Positions 18,633 through 27,943 of a stretch of 64,000 nt of DNA are shown in pieces. Position 1 is the first letter of the stretch. Every line of letters starts with the position of its first letter. The notes below the pieces were generated by a model that was given only the letters and a program-made list of their open reading frames with translations, did not search any database and was not told the DNA's origin. Source of the DNA: a bacterium (GTDB lineage Bacteria; Zhuqueibacterota; Zhuqueibacteria; Residuimicrobiales; Krinioviventaceae); NCBI GenBank assembly GCA_963674595.2, contig CAXXFV010000004.1:128001-192000 (forward strand), in the 5' to 3' direction. Position numbers and translations under genes: made by a program.

Positions 18633-20396
18633 TTAAAATTCCTTTTTCAATCGTATTGTAACAACAATATCGCCGTCTCCGACATCGGTCCGTTTTGCAA
18701 AATTGATGCGGAAATCATCATCATCACTGGACAGGCCAATTCCGACATTTGTTTTTAAAGAACTCCATGTCAATGAGCTAAAAGAGTCATCCAGCTTTTT
18801 CTCGTTCATTTTGTCCACATATTTCGGGTCCATGGGCCAATACGATTGCATTTCAGGAGTATTGCTTTCAGCGAACCAGGCACATCCGGAATCAACAAAT
18901 AATACAAGGTTCATTTCATCGAACAACGTCCAGTCCAATTCACTGGTTTCTAACGTGTATTCAATATTTGCTAATAACATCCGGTCACCTGTAAATTCTT
19001 TATGACGGTACCCTCTCAAAGTCGACAATCCTCCCAAATCAAACCAATACATGGGCGGTAAAACACCATTTGACGAACCAATTCGCAGCCGAAGGTCCAG
19101 TCCTTCATCCCATCCAAGTGGTTGATATCGCCTCACATCAAGAATTTGTCTTTGGAAATCAAGATCACTTTTCAGACCATTTCCGGCTTTTTCAGCAAAA
19201 AGATTAATAAACCATCCACGTTCCGGGTTTTCGTCATCATCCCTGGTGTCATAAACCAGATTAAATGAATAACTTTGCAGATTCATGTGGGGATCATTAC
19301 CGGCCGCTATCTCGTTCAAGCAGTAACCATAGGGAAGAGCCCAGGGATTGGGCCGAAAATCTTTACTCTTGCCAAACACGGCCCATTCGGTATTTTTTTC
19401 CAAATTATTTATTTTATCGTTATGATAGCCAAATTTTAATGACAACTGATCAAAAAATCTGTTTTTTGCATATATCGAAAAACCTTCCCGTTTATAATAG
19501 TCCCGGAAATCTTCATTTATTAAAAATGCACCCAGGGCATTTTCCAAATCACTGATAATCCAACGGTCTTGTGTATCTGTCATATCGTGGGCCTCGGCCC
19601 CGACTGTACACGCAAAAATTGGAAACACACAACGTTCCAGACCTATTTGATATTGTATATTTTTGCTTGAAAAGGAATAACCAACTTTACCTATTACACC
19701 GATTCTTTTTTGCTCTTTACGCCACCATTCGCTTGACGGAAAATTGAAACCGAGTGTCAACCCATCAACCCGGTTATAATCCGCGTAAACAGGTTCATGA
19801 TCTGACTGGAAGTTATGACGAACAATTTTGCGTTTTGGACGATGATGCTCGGTTGTAACATGAATTTCTTGTTCCTGCCTTTCCTCATCCGAAACACGGT
19901 TATAATGATTTGAACTTTGTCGCTCTATAATATCACCTTCAACAAAAGCATTTCGATCTTTCCAGATTTTACCGTCTACACAAACAACGTCTCCCTCAAC
20001 ATAAGCATCTGCTTCAAGATGAATATCTCCAAACAAGGTCAATATCGTTCCTTCAACCTGTCCGTATAACGTCAGGGTGCCTTTTACAACTAATATATCC
20101 GACCCAATCACTTTATCGGACGCAATTTCAACATCACCAAAGTATCTTTCAATATGGTTACCAACTCTTTCCTCTTCACCGATTTCGCCCTCTGTCTCTT
20201 TACCGGTACGAAATTCATTCATCCCTAGATACTTTTTCTCCATCTTTTCAGCAATTTCCTGCTCCTTTTCTGAAAGATTGGAATATTTCGGATCCTGAGC
20301 ATAAGTCCTTTTTGTCAGTAATAAGCTTAAAATAATAATAATTGCCATAATAGCCCAAATCCAGTACAGAATTTGTTTTGCCCGTGATTGTCCCAT
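18633..20396 (-). CDS. Omp85 (BamA/TamA-like) outer-membrane protein with bactofilin-like beta-helix N-domain
   Basis: Signal peptide TYA/Q; GDVEI/GTLTLYGQVEG/GDIHL/VEGDVV repeats; barrel begins at YNRVDGLTLG; Omp85 lid motif LGGLSTLRGY; C-terminal Phe. Confidence 0.75.
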   Translation of the reverse strand: MGQSRAKQILYWIWAIMAIIIILSLLLTKRTYAQDPKYSNLSEKEQEIAEKMEKKYLGMNEFRTGKETEGEIGEEERVGNHIERYFGDVEIASDKVIGSDILVVKGTLTLYGQVEGTILTLFGDIHLEADAYVEGDVVCVDGKIWKDRNAFVEGDIIERQSSNHYNRVSDEERQEQEIHVTTEHHRPKRKIVRHNFQSDHEPVYADYNRVDGLTLGFNFPSSEWWRKEQKRIGVIGKVGYSFSSKNIQYQIGLERCVFPIFACTVGAEAHDMTDTQDRWIISDLENALGAFLINEDFRDYYKREGFSIYAKNRFFDQLSLKFGYHNDKINNLEKNTEWAVFGKSKDFRPNPWALPYGYCLNEIAAGNDPHMNLQSYSFNLVYDTRDDDENPERGWFINLFAEKAGNGLKSDLDFQRQILDVRRYQPLGWDEGLDLRLRIGSSNGVLPPMYWFDLGGLSTLRGYRHKEFTGDRMLLANIEYTLETSELDWTLFDEMNLVLFVDSGCAWFAESNTPEMQSYWPMDPKYVDKMNEKKLDDSFSSLTWSSLKTNVGIGLSSDDDDFRINFAKRTDVGDGDIVVTIRLKKEF

Positions 20397-20435
20397 TGTA
20401 TCCTCAAATTATAAATATCTGTTTTTTCGGTAATA

Positions 20436-20451
20436 CGCAATCCTTATGCCA
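20436..20451 (-). promoter_or_regulatory. Sigma54 (-24/-12) promoter of the 20396-16050 operon
   Basis: Minus strand TGGCAT-AAGGA-TTGCG, 40 bp upstream of ATG 20396, which has a GAGGA ribosome-binding site. Confidence 0.7.
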
Positions 20452-20525
20452 CAAAACGACCCAACTTAAAACGGCGTAATTCAAATAAAAACAATGTAAG
20501 TTATTTAAAACGATTCACGCCCTGT

Positions 20526-20539
20526 TGTTAAAATACACA
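20526..20539. promoter_or_regulatory. Putative enhancer-binding-protein site
   Basis: TGT-taaaatac-ACA (TGT-N8-ACA) about 75 bp upstream of the -24 box; a second TGTAggaattTTACA-like palindrome lies at 20557-20571. Confidence 0.4.
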
Positions 20540-20574
20540 GTAAAATATTTAATTAATGTAGGAATTTTACACAA

Positions 20575-21555
20575 TCAATAAAAACTGGAATTTCTTAATT
20601 CTTCCAATAATTGATTCATGTCATCGGGGATTGGGGCTTCAAAGCGAACAACCTCATCTGAAACAGGATGTTTGAATGAAAGACACCTGGCATGCAGCAT
20701 TTGACGTTTATACTCCTTGAGAAGACTGTTGACAAATTGAGAGCGTTTTTTATTAAGCCCGGCTAATTGTTTTCCTCTTCCTCCATAGACAGAGTCGGAA
20801 AACACGGGATGCCCCAACGAGGTCATGTGGACCCGAATTTGATGTGTACGTCCGGTTTCCAGATTAAGTTTTACATAGGACGTTAAGGCCATTTCCTCTA
20901 AAACCTGGTAATGTGTAATAGCATGTTTCCCATCATTCCGGATCATCATACGAGTCCGGTCCTTTGGGCTTCGTGCGATGGCTGCTTCAACCGTGCCGGA
21001 AGGTTCTTTAAAATGCCCCCAAACAATGGCCCTGTATTCTCTTTCCATTTTATATTGAGAAAGCTGTTTAGCCAATGTTACATGGGTCACATCGTCTTTT
21101 GCAACAACAAGCAGGCCGGATGTGTCTTTGTCCAGGCGGTGGACAAGCCCCGGCCGGGTATCACCCCCAACATCCGACAATTTTTTGCAATGCGAGAGCA
21201 AAGCATTTACAAGAGTGCCTTTCATATTTCCATAGGCAGGATGAACAACCATGTTCGGCGGCTTGTTGACAACAAGCAAATATTCATCTTCAAATACAAT
21301 ATCCAATGGAATGTCTTCCGGTTCCAGCGTTGTTTCTTGTCTGGCGGGAAAAACAACATGTATTTTTTCTCCGGGACGAATCAGGTACCCTGCCTTAACA
21401 GACCGTCCATCAACAGTAATCCTGTCCTCGTCAACAAGTCTTTTTAACTTGGCCCGGGTGACAGATGTCAATTGAGCGGCTATAAATTTATCCAACCGTT
21501 CCTTTACGACGCCATCAGGAACGATAAATTCCAAATCTTTTTCTTCCATTACCAA
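20575..21555 (-). CDS. rluD: RluA/RluD-family 23S rRNA pseudouridine synthase with S4 domain
   Basis: ERLDKF (S4), VNKPPNMVVHP, VHRLDKDTSG, LETGRTHQIRVH, QMLHA. Start may be ATG 21549. Confidence 0.93.
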   Translation of the reverse strand: MVMEEKDLEFIVPDGVVKERLDKFIAAQLTSVTRAKLKRLVDEDRITVDGRSVKAGYLIRPGEKIHVVFPARQETTLEPEDIPLDIVFEDEYLLVVNKPPNMVVHPAYGNMKGTLVNALLSHCKKLSDVGGDTRPGLVHRLDKDTSGLLVVAKDDVTHVTLAKQLSQYKMEREYRAIVWGHFKEPSGTVEAAIARSPKDRTRMMIRNDGKHAITHYQVLEEMALTSYVKLNLETGRTHQIRVHMTSLGHPVFSDSVYGGRGKQLAGLNKKRSQFVNSLLKEYKRQMLHARCLSFKHPVSDEVVRFEAPIPDDMNQLLEELRNSSFY

Positions 21556-21668
21556 AAACTCCTAAACGGAATTTTGAAAAATAATACTTGCTCTGTTATT
21601 TTATAAGCTTTATTATTAAGAAAATACAAAACCGGTTTGAGTTGAGCAACAATTTCTTTGTTTTATTC

Positions 21669-21697
21669 TTGACTTTAGCCTTATAAAATTATATAAT
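21669..21697 (+). promoter_or_regulatory. Sigma70 promoter
   Basis: TTGACT-N17-TATAAT, near-consensus. Confidence 0.7.
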
Positions 21698-21738
21698 ACA
21701 TCTCTTTTTGAGATAACTATTTTTTTTTGGAGACGATA

Positions 21739-22980
21739 GTGCAAAGTAAAAATATAGGTTCTTTTTTAACAATATGCCTATGTGTTCTTTTGCTCCTTTC
21801 TTGTTCAAAATATAAACCTGACACGCCGTTTCCAATTATTGCCTGGTACGGACCTGAAGTAACAACTTTACAGAATTCCTATAATTTGGTAAAAGAGGCT
21901 GGATTCACAGTCCTTTTTCCCGGATTTAACGATCCCTCTCAAAACCTTAAAGCTTTAGACGCAGCAGATTCCAGCGGCTTGCAGCTTTTATTAAGCGATC
22001 CGCGTATTGAACAACTGCGTACAGGTAAAGACTCGGTTTTTACAAGGCTGGACAGTGTTATTACCGATTACCAAACTCATCCCGCATTTTGGGGTTATTA
22101 TTTACATTTCGAAGCAGGATTAAAAGATATAGACAGATTAATGTTAATAAAAAATTACATCGAAAAAAAAGATTCCGTTCATTATGTTTACCTGAACTTG
22201 TTGCCGATATACACCCCCATTAGTCAGCTTGATACAACAACATATACAGCCTATTGCAAAACTATGGTCCAACAATTAAATCCCAAATTTATCAGTACTC
22301 CACTTTTTTCGATAACAACAAACGGACTAGAACCAGAATATTACAAAAACCTGGAAATTATGAATTGGCTTTCGGAAAAATTTCAAATACCATTTTGGAC
22401 CTTTGTTTTGACAACTCCCCATAGTAATTATGTCGAGCCTTCCCTTTCCAGGCTGAAATTTCAAGTTTTTAGCGCATTAGCTCATGGAGCAACAGGGCTT
22501 GAATATTTTACCTATGCAACCCCGAATATTAATTCATGGAAATGGGGTGCCTCAATGGTAGATGAAAATGGAGCGCCAACCCATACCTATAATCTGGTGA
22601 AATCAATAAATAATCAAGTTAATAACTGGATACCATATTTCAGTAAATTCACACCAAAAGGAACATTTCACAGTTCTCCTGTTCCTACCGGTTCCAGAGA
22701 TATTGAACAGTCGAACATTATTATAAAAATAAATGGGTCATCTATTTTAGCCGGCTTTTTCAAAGATGAGGACAACCATCAATACGTTTTACTGGTCAAT
22801 AAAAACTATACCCACGGATCCATGCCCCTTATCTATTTTTCTCCCCAAATCACAAAAATCCGGGAAATCCCTAAAAACAACATTCGTCCTCTGGTACTAA
22901 AATGGACGGTAGATGAAGAAAAAAGTCATAAATTTATTTTCAAGGCAGGTGGCGCCCGATTGTTTCGGCTTTATTACTAG
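21739..22980 (+). CDS. Lipoprotein, probable glycoside-hydrolase-like TIM barrel of unknown specificity
   Basis: Lipobox LLSC; FPIIAWY, EAGFT, HPAFWGYY, LAHGATGLEYFTY pattern. GTG 21739 with GGAG upstream preferred over TTG 21727. Confidence 0.6.
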   Translation: MQSKNIGSFLTICLCVLLLLSCSKYKPDTPFPIIAWYGPEVTTLQNSYNLVKEAGFTVLFPGFNDPSQNLKALDAADSSGLQLLLSDPRIEQLRTGKDSVFTRLDSVITDYQTHPAFWGYYLHFEAGLKDIDRLMLIKNYIEKKDSVHYVYLNLLPIYTPISQLDTTTYTAYCKTMVQQLNPKFISTPLFSITTNGLEPEYYKNLEIMNWLSEKFQIPFWTFVLTTPHSNYVEPSLSRLKFQVFSALAHGATGLEYFTYATPNINSWKWGASMVDENGAPTHTYNLVKSINNQVNNWIPYFSKFTPKGTFHSSPVPTGSRDIEQSNIIIKINGSSILAGFFKDEDNHQYVLLVNKNYTHGSMPLIYFSPQITKIREIPKNNIRPLVLKWTVDEEKSHKFIFKAGGARLFRLYY

Positions 22981-23072
22981 AAACAGATTTAAAAAGCATT
23001 GCCTTGATTAATTTAAAATAAATCATTATTATCATCATTTAATCAACACTAAATCATACAATCGGAGGAATA

Positions 23073-24791
23073 ATGTTATCCTTTTCAAAAAGAATTGATC
23101 CATTTACAGGAGAAGAATTTGTAGAAATACCGTTTAAAGGACGTTTTTTAACAGAACATCCTATTTTTAATAAAGGCACGGCGTTTCCGGAAGATGAAAG
23201 ACAGGCACTGGACTTGTGTGGAATTTATCCGGATACCGTTACAACGCTTGAATTACAAAAACAACGGTCTTATGCATGTTTTTCATCCAAAACAGATGAA
23301 TTGGACAAGTATACGTATTTAATGGCACAACAAGACAGAAACGAAACATTATACTATGCAATGATTTTGGACCATCTTGAAGAAATGCTGCCTATCGTTT
23401 ATACACCAACAGTTGGTAAAGCTTGTCAAAAATTCAGTCAATTATTTCGTCGCCCCAGAGGTTTGTATATAAATTCCAGCAATATCCAGCACATCGATAA
23501 AATGTTATCATCAGCTTCATTTTCTAATATATCTTTGATTGTTGTTACAGACGGCGAACGAATTCTCGGACTTGGCGACCTTGGTGCAAACGGTATGGGT
23601 ATCCCAATCGGCAAAACAAGTTTATATGTTGCTGCAGCGGGTTTACATCCGGCTTATTGTTTACCTGTTTGTATAGATGTAGGGACAAACAGACAGGAAT
23701 TACTGGATGATCCTCTTTATATCGGTCTGCGACAAAAACGCCTGACCGGAGATGCTTATGACCAGATTATAGAAACTTTTGTAAACGCTGTAAAACGAAA
23801 ATTTCCCAGTGCCCTGCTTCAGTGGGAAGATTTTGGCAAAGGTAATGCATTCCGGTTATTAGACAGATACAAAGAACGAATTTGTTCATTTAACGATGAC
23901 ATTCAGGGTACCGGCTCTGTAGCATTGGGTGTTTTACTTTCTGCTGTAAAAATTAAAAAACAAAAATTTGCAGACCAAAAATTCATTCTTTACGGCCAGG
24001 GTCAGGCTGGTTTAGGAATTGGACGAGCAATTTATACAGGCCTTCGAATGGAAGGATTAAGCGATCAGGAAGCAAGAAACCGAATTTTTGGAATTGATAT
24101 TGACGGTCTGCTTGTCGAAGGAATGAATGTCAGTGAAGAACAAAAATTACTGTTAAAAGATAAATCCATGGTGGCAGACTGGAAACTGGAAAATCCGAAT
24201 AAAATTGGACTGCTGGATACGATCCGTAATTCAGGAGCCACAGTGCTGATCGGTGTTACCGGACAAAGCGGTGCGTTTAATGAAGACGTTATCAAAGCAA
24301 TGGCGGCAAATGATGAAATGCCTATTTTTATGCCGCTATCTAATCCCACAATTAAAGCAGAATGTACACCGGAATCCGCATTAACAATTACAAACGGCAA
24401 GTGTTTAATAGCAACAGGAAGCCCATTCAAACCTGTAACCGTAAACGGAAAAGAACACGTTATTTCACAATGTAATAACCTGTACATCTTCCCGGGCGCC
24501 GGTTTGGGAGCATTGGTTTCCGGCACACCCAAAGTAACGAATGAAATGTTTATGGCTGGTTCTAAAGCGTTGTGTAGTCTGGTACCGGAAAGCATGCTGA
24601 AATCAGGAAGAATGCTGCCGGCAATCAATTCCATTCGTGAAGTTTCTGCTCAGGTCGCATTGGCTGTGGCAATAGAAGCACGTGAATCCGGATTGGGAAT
24701 ACGAGCGGATGATGAAACGTTATTAAAAATGATTAAAAAAGCAATGTGGGAACCAAAATATCTGCCTTATCGATATGTAAAACCGGAATAA
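23073..24791 (+). CDS. maeA: NAD-dependent malic enzyme
   Basis: FNKGTAF, PIVYTPTVG, VTDGERILGLGDLG, GIPIGK, QWEDF, FNDDIQGTG, PLSNPT, ATGSPF, QCNNLYIFPG. Confidence 0.93.
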   Translation: MLSFSKRIDPFTGEEFVEIPFKGRFLTEHPIFNKGTAFPEDERQALDLCGIYPDTVTTLELQKQRSYACFSSKTDELDKYTYLMAQQDRNETLYYAMILDHLEEMLPIVYTPTVGKACQKFSQLFRRPRGLYINSSNIQHIDKMLSSASFSNISLIVVTDGERILGLGDLGANGMGIPIGKTSLYVAAAGLHPAYCLPVCIDVGTNRQELLDDPLYIGLRQKRLTGDAYDQIIETFVNAVKRKFPSALLQWEDFGKGNAFRLLDRYKERICSFNDDIQGTGSVALGVLLSAVKIKKQKFADQKFILYGQGQAGLGIGRAIYTGLRMEGLSDQEARNRIFGIDIDGLLVEGMNVSEEQKLLLKDKSMVADWKLENPNKIGLLDTIRNSGATVLIGVTGQSGAFNEDVIKAMAANDEMPIFMPLSNPTIKAECTPESALTITNGKCLIATGSPFKPVTVNGKEHVISQCNNLYIFPGAGLGALVSGTPKVTNEMFMAGSKALCSLVPESMLKSGRMLPAINSIREVSAQVALAVAIEARESGLGIRADDETLLKMIKKAMWEPKYLPYRYVKPE

Positions 24792-24821
24792 TTTTGATTT
24801 CTTAAAAATACTTTCAACAAA

Positions 24822-24855
24822 AAAAGGCATATAATTTTTAAATTATATGCCTTTT
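24822..24855 (+). terminator. Rho-independent terminator-like hairpin
   Basis: AAAAGGCATATAATTT-tt-AAATTATATGCCTTTT after the malic enzyme stop. Confidence 0.7.
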
Positions 24856-24885
24856 GTATTAATTAAATTTGGAACGACACTCAAT

Positions 24886-25884
24886 ATGAGAATACCGTTT
24901 AAAAAAATGCATCAGGAATTTTTTAGAATTTTAAGTAATCTGGGCATGAAACCTGAACGGGCTGAGCTTTGTGCAAAAATATTTACAGAAACAAGCTGTG
25001 ACGGGGTCTATTCCCACGGTTTAAATCGTTTTCCCAAATTTGTCGAATACATTGAATCCGGTCTTGTAGACATTCATGCCTTCCCGGATAAAGTCAACTC
25101 TTTTGGTGCATTGGAACAATGGGATGGAAATCGCGGTCCGGGAATTTTAAACGCCCATCATTGCATGCAAAGGGCCATTAACCTGGCCGAACAAAACGGC
25201 ATGGGGTGCGTTGCTTTAAAAAATACAAACCACTGGCTGCGAGGCGGCACTTATGGCCGACAGGCAGCGGAAGCAGGATTTATGGGAATATGCTGGTCAA
25301 ACACCGAACCAAACCTGCCGGCATGGGGTGCAGCGGAACCTGTTACGGGCAATAATCCGCTTGTAATTGCCATTCCCAGAAAAAGCGGTCATATTGTGCT
25401 GGACATGGCCATGTCACAATTTGCTTATGGAAAGCTGGAGACCTATCGCAGAAACCAGGAAAAACTCCCTTTTGCCGGAGGATATGATTTAAACGGACAG
25501 CTCACGGATGACCCGGCCCTTATTGAACAGTCAAGGCGACCACTCCCTATTGGATATTGGAAAGGTTCCGGATTGGCACTGGTGCTGGATATGATGGCAG
25601 CAATCCTTTCCGGTGGTTTGGCTTCATTTGAAATTCAAAAACAACAAAAAGAAACCATGTTGTCTCAGGTATTCATCGCTTTTGACATTTCAAAAATCGG
25701 AGGTAAAACGTTAACGGATAAAATGGCTCAGGAAATTATCGATCATTTTCATTCTGCAAAACCGAAAGATAAAAACAGCAGAATATATTATCCGGGAGAA
25801 CGTACCTTGGAAATACGTTCCGAAAATTTACAAAAAGGTATCCCTGTCGATAAAGAATATTGGCACCAAATTCTGAACATGTAA
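24886..25884 (+). CDS. yiaK: 3-dehydro-L-gulonate 2-dehydrogenase / 2,3-diketo-L-gulonate reductase (Ldh_2 family)
   Basis: GVYSHGLNRFP, NTNHWLRGGTYG, GNNPLVIAIP, LDMAMSQF, LPIGYWKGSGL, YYPGE. ATG 24886 preferred because the track start 24847 lies inside the terminator hairpin. Confidence 0.9.
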   Translation: MRIPFKKMHQEFFRILSNLGMKPERAELCAKIFTETSCDGVYSHGLNRFPKFVEYIESGLVDIHAFPDKVNSFGALEQWDGNRGPGILNAHHCMQRAINLAEQNGMGCVALKNTNHWLRGGTYGRQAAEAGFMGICWSNTEPNLPAWGAAEPVTGNNPLVIAIPRKSGHIVLDMAMSQFAYGKLETYRRNQEKLPFAGGYDLNGQLTDDPALIEQSRRPLPIGYWKGSGLALVLDMMAAILSGGLASFEIQKQQKETMLSQVFIAFDISKIGGKTLTDKMAQEIIDHFHSAKPKDKNSRIYYPGERTLEIRSENLQKGIPVDKEYWHQILNM

Positions 25885-25885
25885 A

Positions 25886-26608
25886 TCAGCTATTGTTTAT
25901 AATCTCATAAAATGCCTGTAAGGTATTACCGGCCTCACCAATGGGCGGTGTATATTTCCAGTTTATGGAATCCTCTCCGTCATGATTTATAATCACATGA
26001 GAATAATTTTTACTCCATTGCACCTCTTCCCACGCATGCGAAGCGCGTATTTGAACGTCTTTTAACACAGCCGGTGTTAATAACTTGTTCTGTTGTTGGT
26101 AACGTGATAACAATTTTGGAGTCATTATATGTGTTGCAGCTTCAGCAGGACTATTCAGGTTATTAACTTTTTGAATAGTTGCCAATTCCTCATCCGTAAA
26201 AGGCTTTATAAAGACGGATGTGACTTTGTGTTTTTCAAAAAGAGATGAAAAACTTTTATGTTTTATTATCGTTTCAACCAGTGTCGGATAGGCTTCCAAA
26301 ATGATTATGTTTTCCTTTTGTAAAACATTTTTAGTCGTTTTAATATCCAAAGCCTGCCACAAATGGCGTACAGGCCCGATAATAAAATCATCCTGAGGCA
26401 AATTTTTAATAAATTCTTCTGATCGGAAAATAAAATCCTGACCGTCAATTTCGTTTTGCCGTGGTTCCCGGCTTGTGTATAAAACGGGTTGTTCGAACCT
26501 GAAATGTTTATACACCATCCTGAGTTTTTTTATTAAAGGTGTTTTCCCCACACATGAAGGTCCTGATAAAAAGACAATTTTTTTTAACACCCGGTCCTCC
26601 GTAGTCAA
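25886..26608 (-). CDS. Guanylate kinase-like P-loop kinase (divergent)
   Basis: LSGPSCVGKT P-loop, YTSREPRQNEIDGQDFIF, SVFIKP, HVIIN; the canonical YGT GMP-binding motif is missing. Confidence 0.7.
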   Translation of the reverse strand: MTTEDRVLKKIVFLSGPSCVGKTPLIKKLRMVYKHFRFEQPVLYTSREPRQNEIDGQDFIFRSEEFIKNLPQDDFIIGPVRHLWQALDIKTTKNVLQKENIIILEAYPTLVETIIKHKSFSSLFEKHKVTSVFIKPFTDEELATIQKVNNLNSPAEAATHIMTPKLLSRYQQQNKLLTPAVLKDVQIRASHAWEEVQWSKNYSHVIINHDGEDSINWKYTPPIGEAGNTLQAFYEIINNS

Positions 26609-26792
26609 ATTTAACTCTATAAATATTCTGCTTTTAGTAAATTTAAATAAAAATACCTTTTTGGTTTAATAAAAAATTAAATATATTAATCATACTTTAA
26701 ATATAAAAATTTTATTTATAATAATTCTTTTATTCTGCATTTCGTTGGAACAACATCTATATTATATAAACTGTAAGAAAAGCAAGCGTTGT

Positions 26793-27599
26793 TTACAAAA
26801 TATCGGGATAAAAATATTGAATTAGTTTTTCTTCAGGAGTTAGTCCATCAATGCCTTTATGAGGTCTTACTCCGTTGTAATAATTGACAAATCTTTTTAG
26901 CTCATTTTTACGATGGGCTGATGATTTAAAAACAGTTTTATTATGCCAAAGCTCGACAAGAGTTCGTATAACTCTTTCAGCTTTGCCATTTGTTTGTGGC
27001 CTTTTAACTTTGGTAAATTTTTGTTCAATACCATGTTCTTTGCACAACTTCATAAACTTATGATTATTCGGATCACCTCGGTACTCTCGGCCATTATCAG
27101 TATAAAATTGTTCTATTGTATATGGACATTCATCCACGACTTGCTCCAAAAACTTTTTAGCTGAATATTGGGTTTTATCAGGTAAAATAGCAGCATACAG
27201 TTCTCTAGAAAAGTCATCAATGGCCACAAACAGGTATTCCGTTCGTTCAAAAGGAGATTCCCCCTTAATTAAGGGAAGTTTTTTAGTGTCACCATGTATC
27301 ATTTGTCCTGGATAGTCTTTATTATATCGTTTGGCCTGACGTTTTAGCTTGTCCTCAAGTTTTTTTTCGATTTTAGCCAAACGTTTAATGCCGTATTTTA
27401 AACAGCGAAAACGCTTGTTTACACTCTTGTGAATTGAATAATCTTTTTGTCGGCCATTATGGATTATTTTATAAATTGTAGGTCGACTGACATGAAACTC
27501 TCGTGCTAAATCACAAACACGTCTTTTTTCGGAAAAATATAATGTGCAAACTTTTTCCCGTTGAATCGGCGTTAATCTGGTCTTTTTATGAATTACCAT
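26793..27599 (-). CDS. IS481-family DDE transposase
   Basis: N-terminal HTH (LAREFHVSRPTIYK), HGDTK, AIDDFSR, TDNGREY, PQTNGKAER, YNGVRPH. Confidence 0.93.
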   Translation of the reverse strand: MVIHKKTRLTPIQREKVCTLYFSEKRRVCDLAREFHVSRPTIYKIIHNGRQKDYSIHKSVNKRFRCLKYGIKRLAKIEKKLEDKLKRQAKRYNKDYPGQMIHGDTKKLPLIKGESPFERTEYLFVAIDDFSRELYAAILPDKTQYSAKKFLEQVVDECPYTIEQFYTDNGREYRGDPNNHKFMKLCKEHGIEQKFTKVKRPQTNGKAERVIRTLVELWHNKTVFKSSAHRKNELKRFVNYYNGVRPHKGIDGLTPEEKLIQYFYPDIL

Positions 27600-27658
27600 A
27601 GGATCTCCTTTTATTAAAAATTAGGAAATCCCGAAATTGCAAACAACATTAAATTTGC

Positions 27659-27712
27659 TTCTCATGAATTGAATCCTATCTCTTTATAAGGAACGGATTC
27701 AATTCATGAGAA
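27659..27712. repeat. Perfect 18-bp inverted repeat inside the transposase-upstream end of the IS
   Basis: TTCTCATGAATTGAATCC-N18-GGATTCAATTCATGAGAA. Confidence 0.9.
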
Positions 27713-27768
27713 AACTGTAAACAACTCTAATTTAATTTACATATAAACATAAAAATTTATCACTTCAT

Positions 27769-27784
27769 TGGCATTAAAATTGCC
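27769..27784 (+). promoter_or_regulatory. Putative sigma54 promoter of the glycosyltransferase/beta-helix genes
   Basis: TGGCAT-TAAAA-TTGCC oriented toward 27944. Confidence 0.5.
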
Positions 27785-27943
27785 GTTTAACTATTATTCA
27801 AAAATTTTTAAAATATATTTATTTTTTCAAGCGTAAAAAGTCTCTTAATTTAAAAAAAACAACCAATCTGGATCCACAAAAAACAAATAAAATGGCATAA
27901 CGACACAAATTTGTGACACCAAAAGAGATAAAAAGGGTTTACA

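Larger units (their letters stand above)
26772..27741 (-). mobile_element. IS481-family insertion sequence, 970 bp, apparently intact
   Basis: TGT...ACA ends; 26-bp imperfect terminal inverted repeats (TGTAAGAAAAGCAAGCGTTGTTTACA at 26772-26797; reverse complement of 27716-27741 is TGTAAATTAAATTAGAGTTGTTTACA); flanking direct repeat TATAAAC at 26765-26771 and 27742-27748. Confidence 0.9.

Noticed and set aside
27659-27712. CRISPR repeat or Rho-independent terminator
   Set aside because: Single copy with no spacer array or cas genes, and no U tract directly after the stem on either strand.
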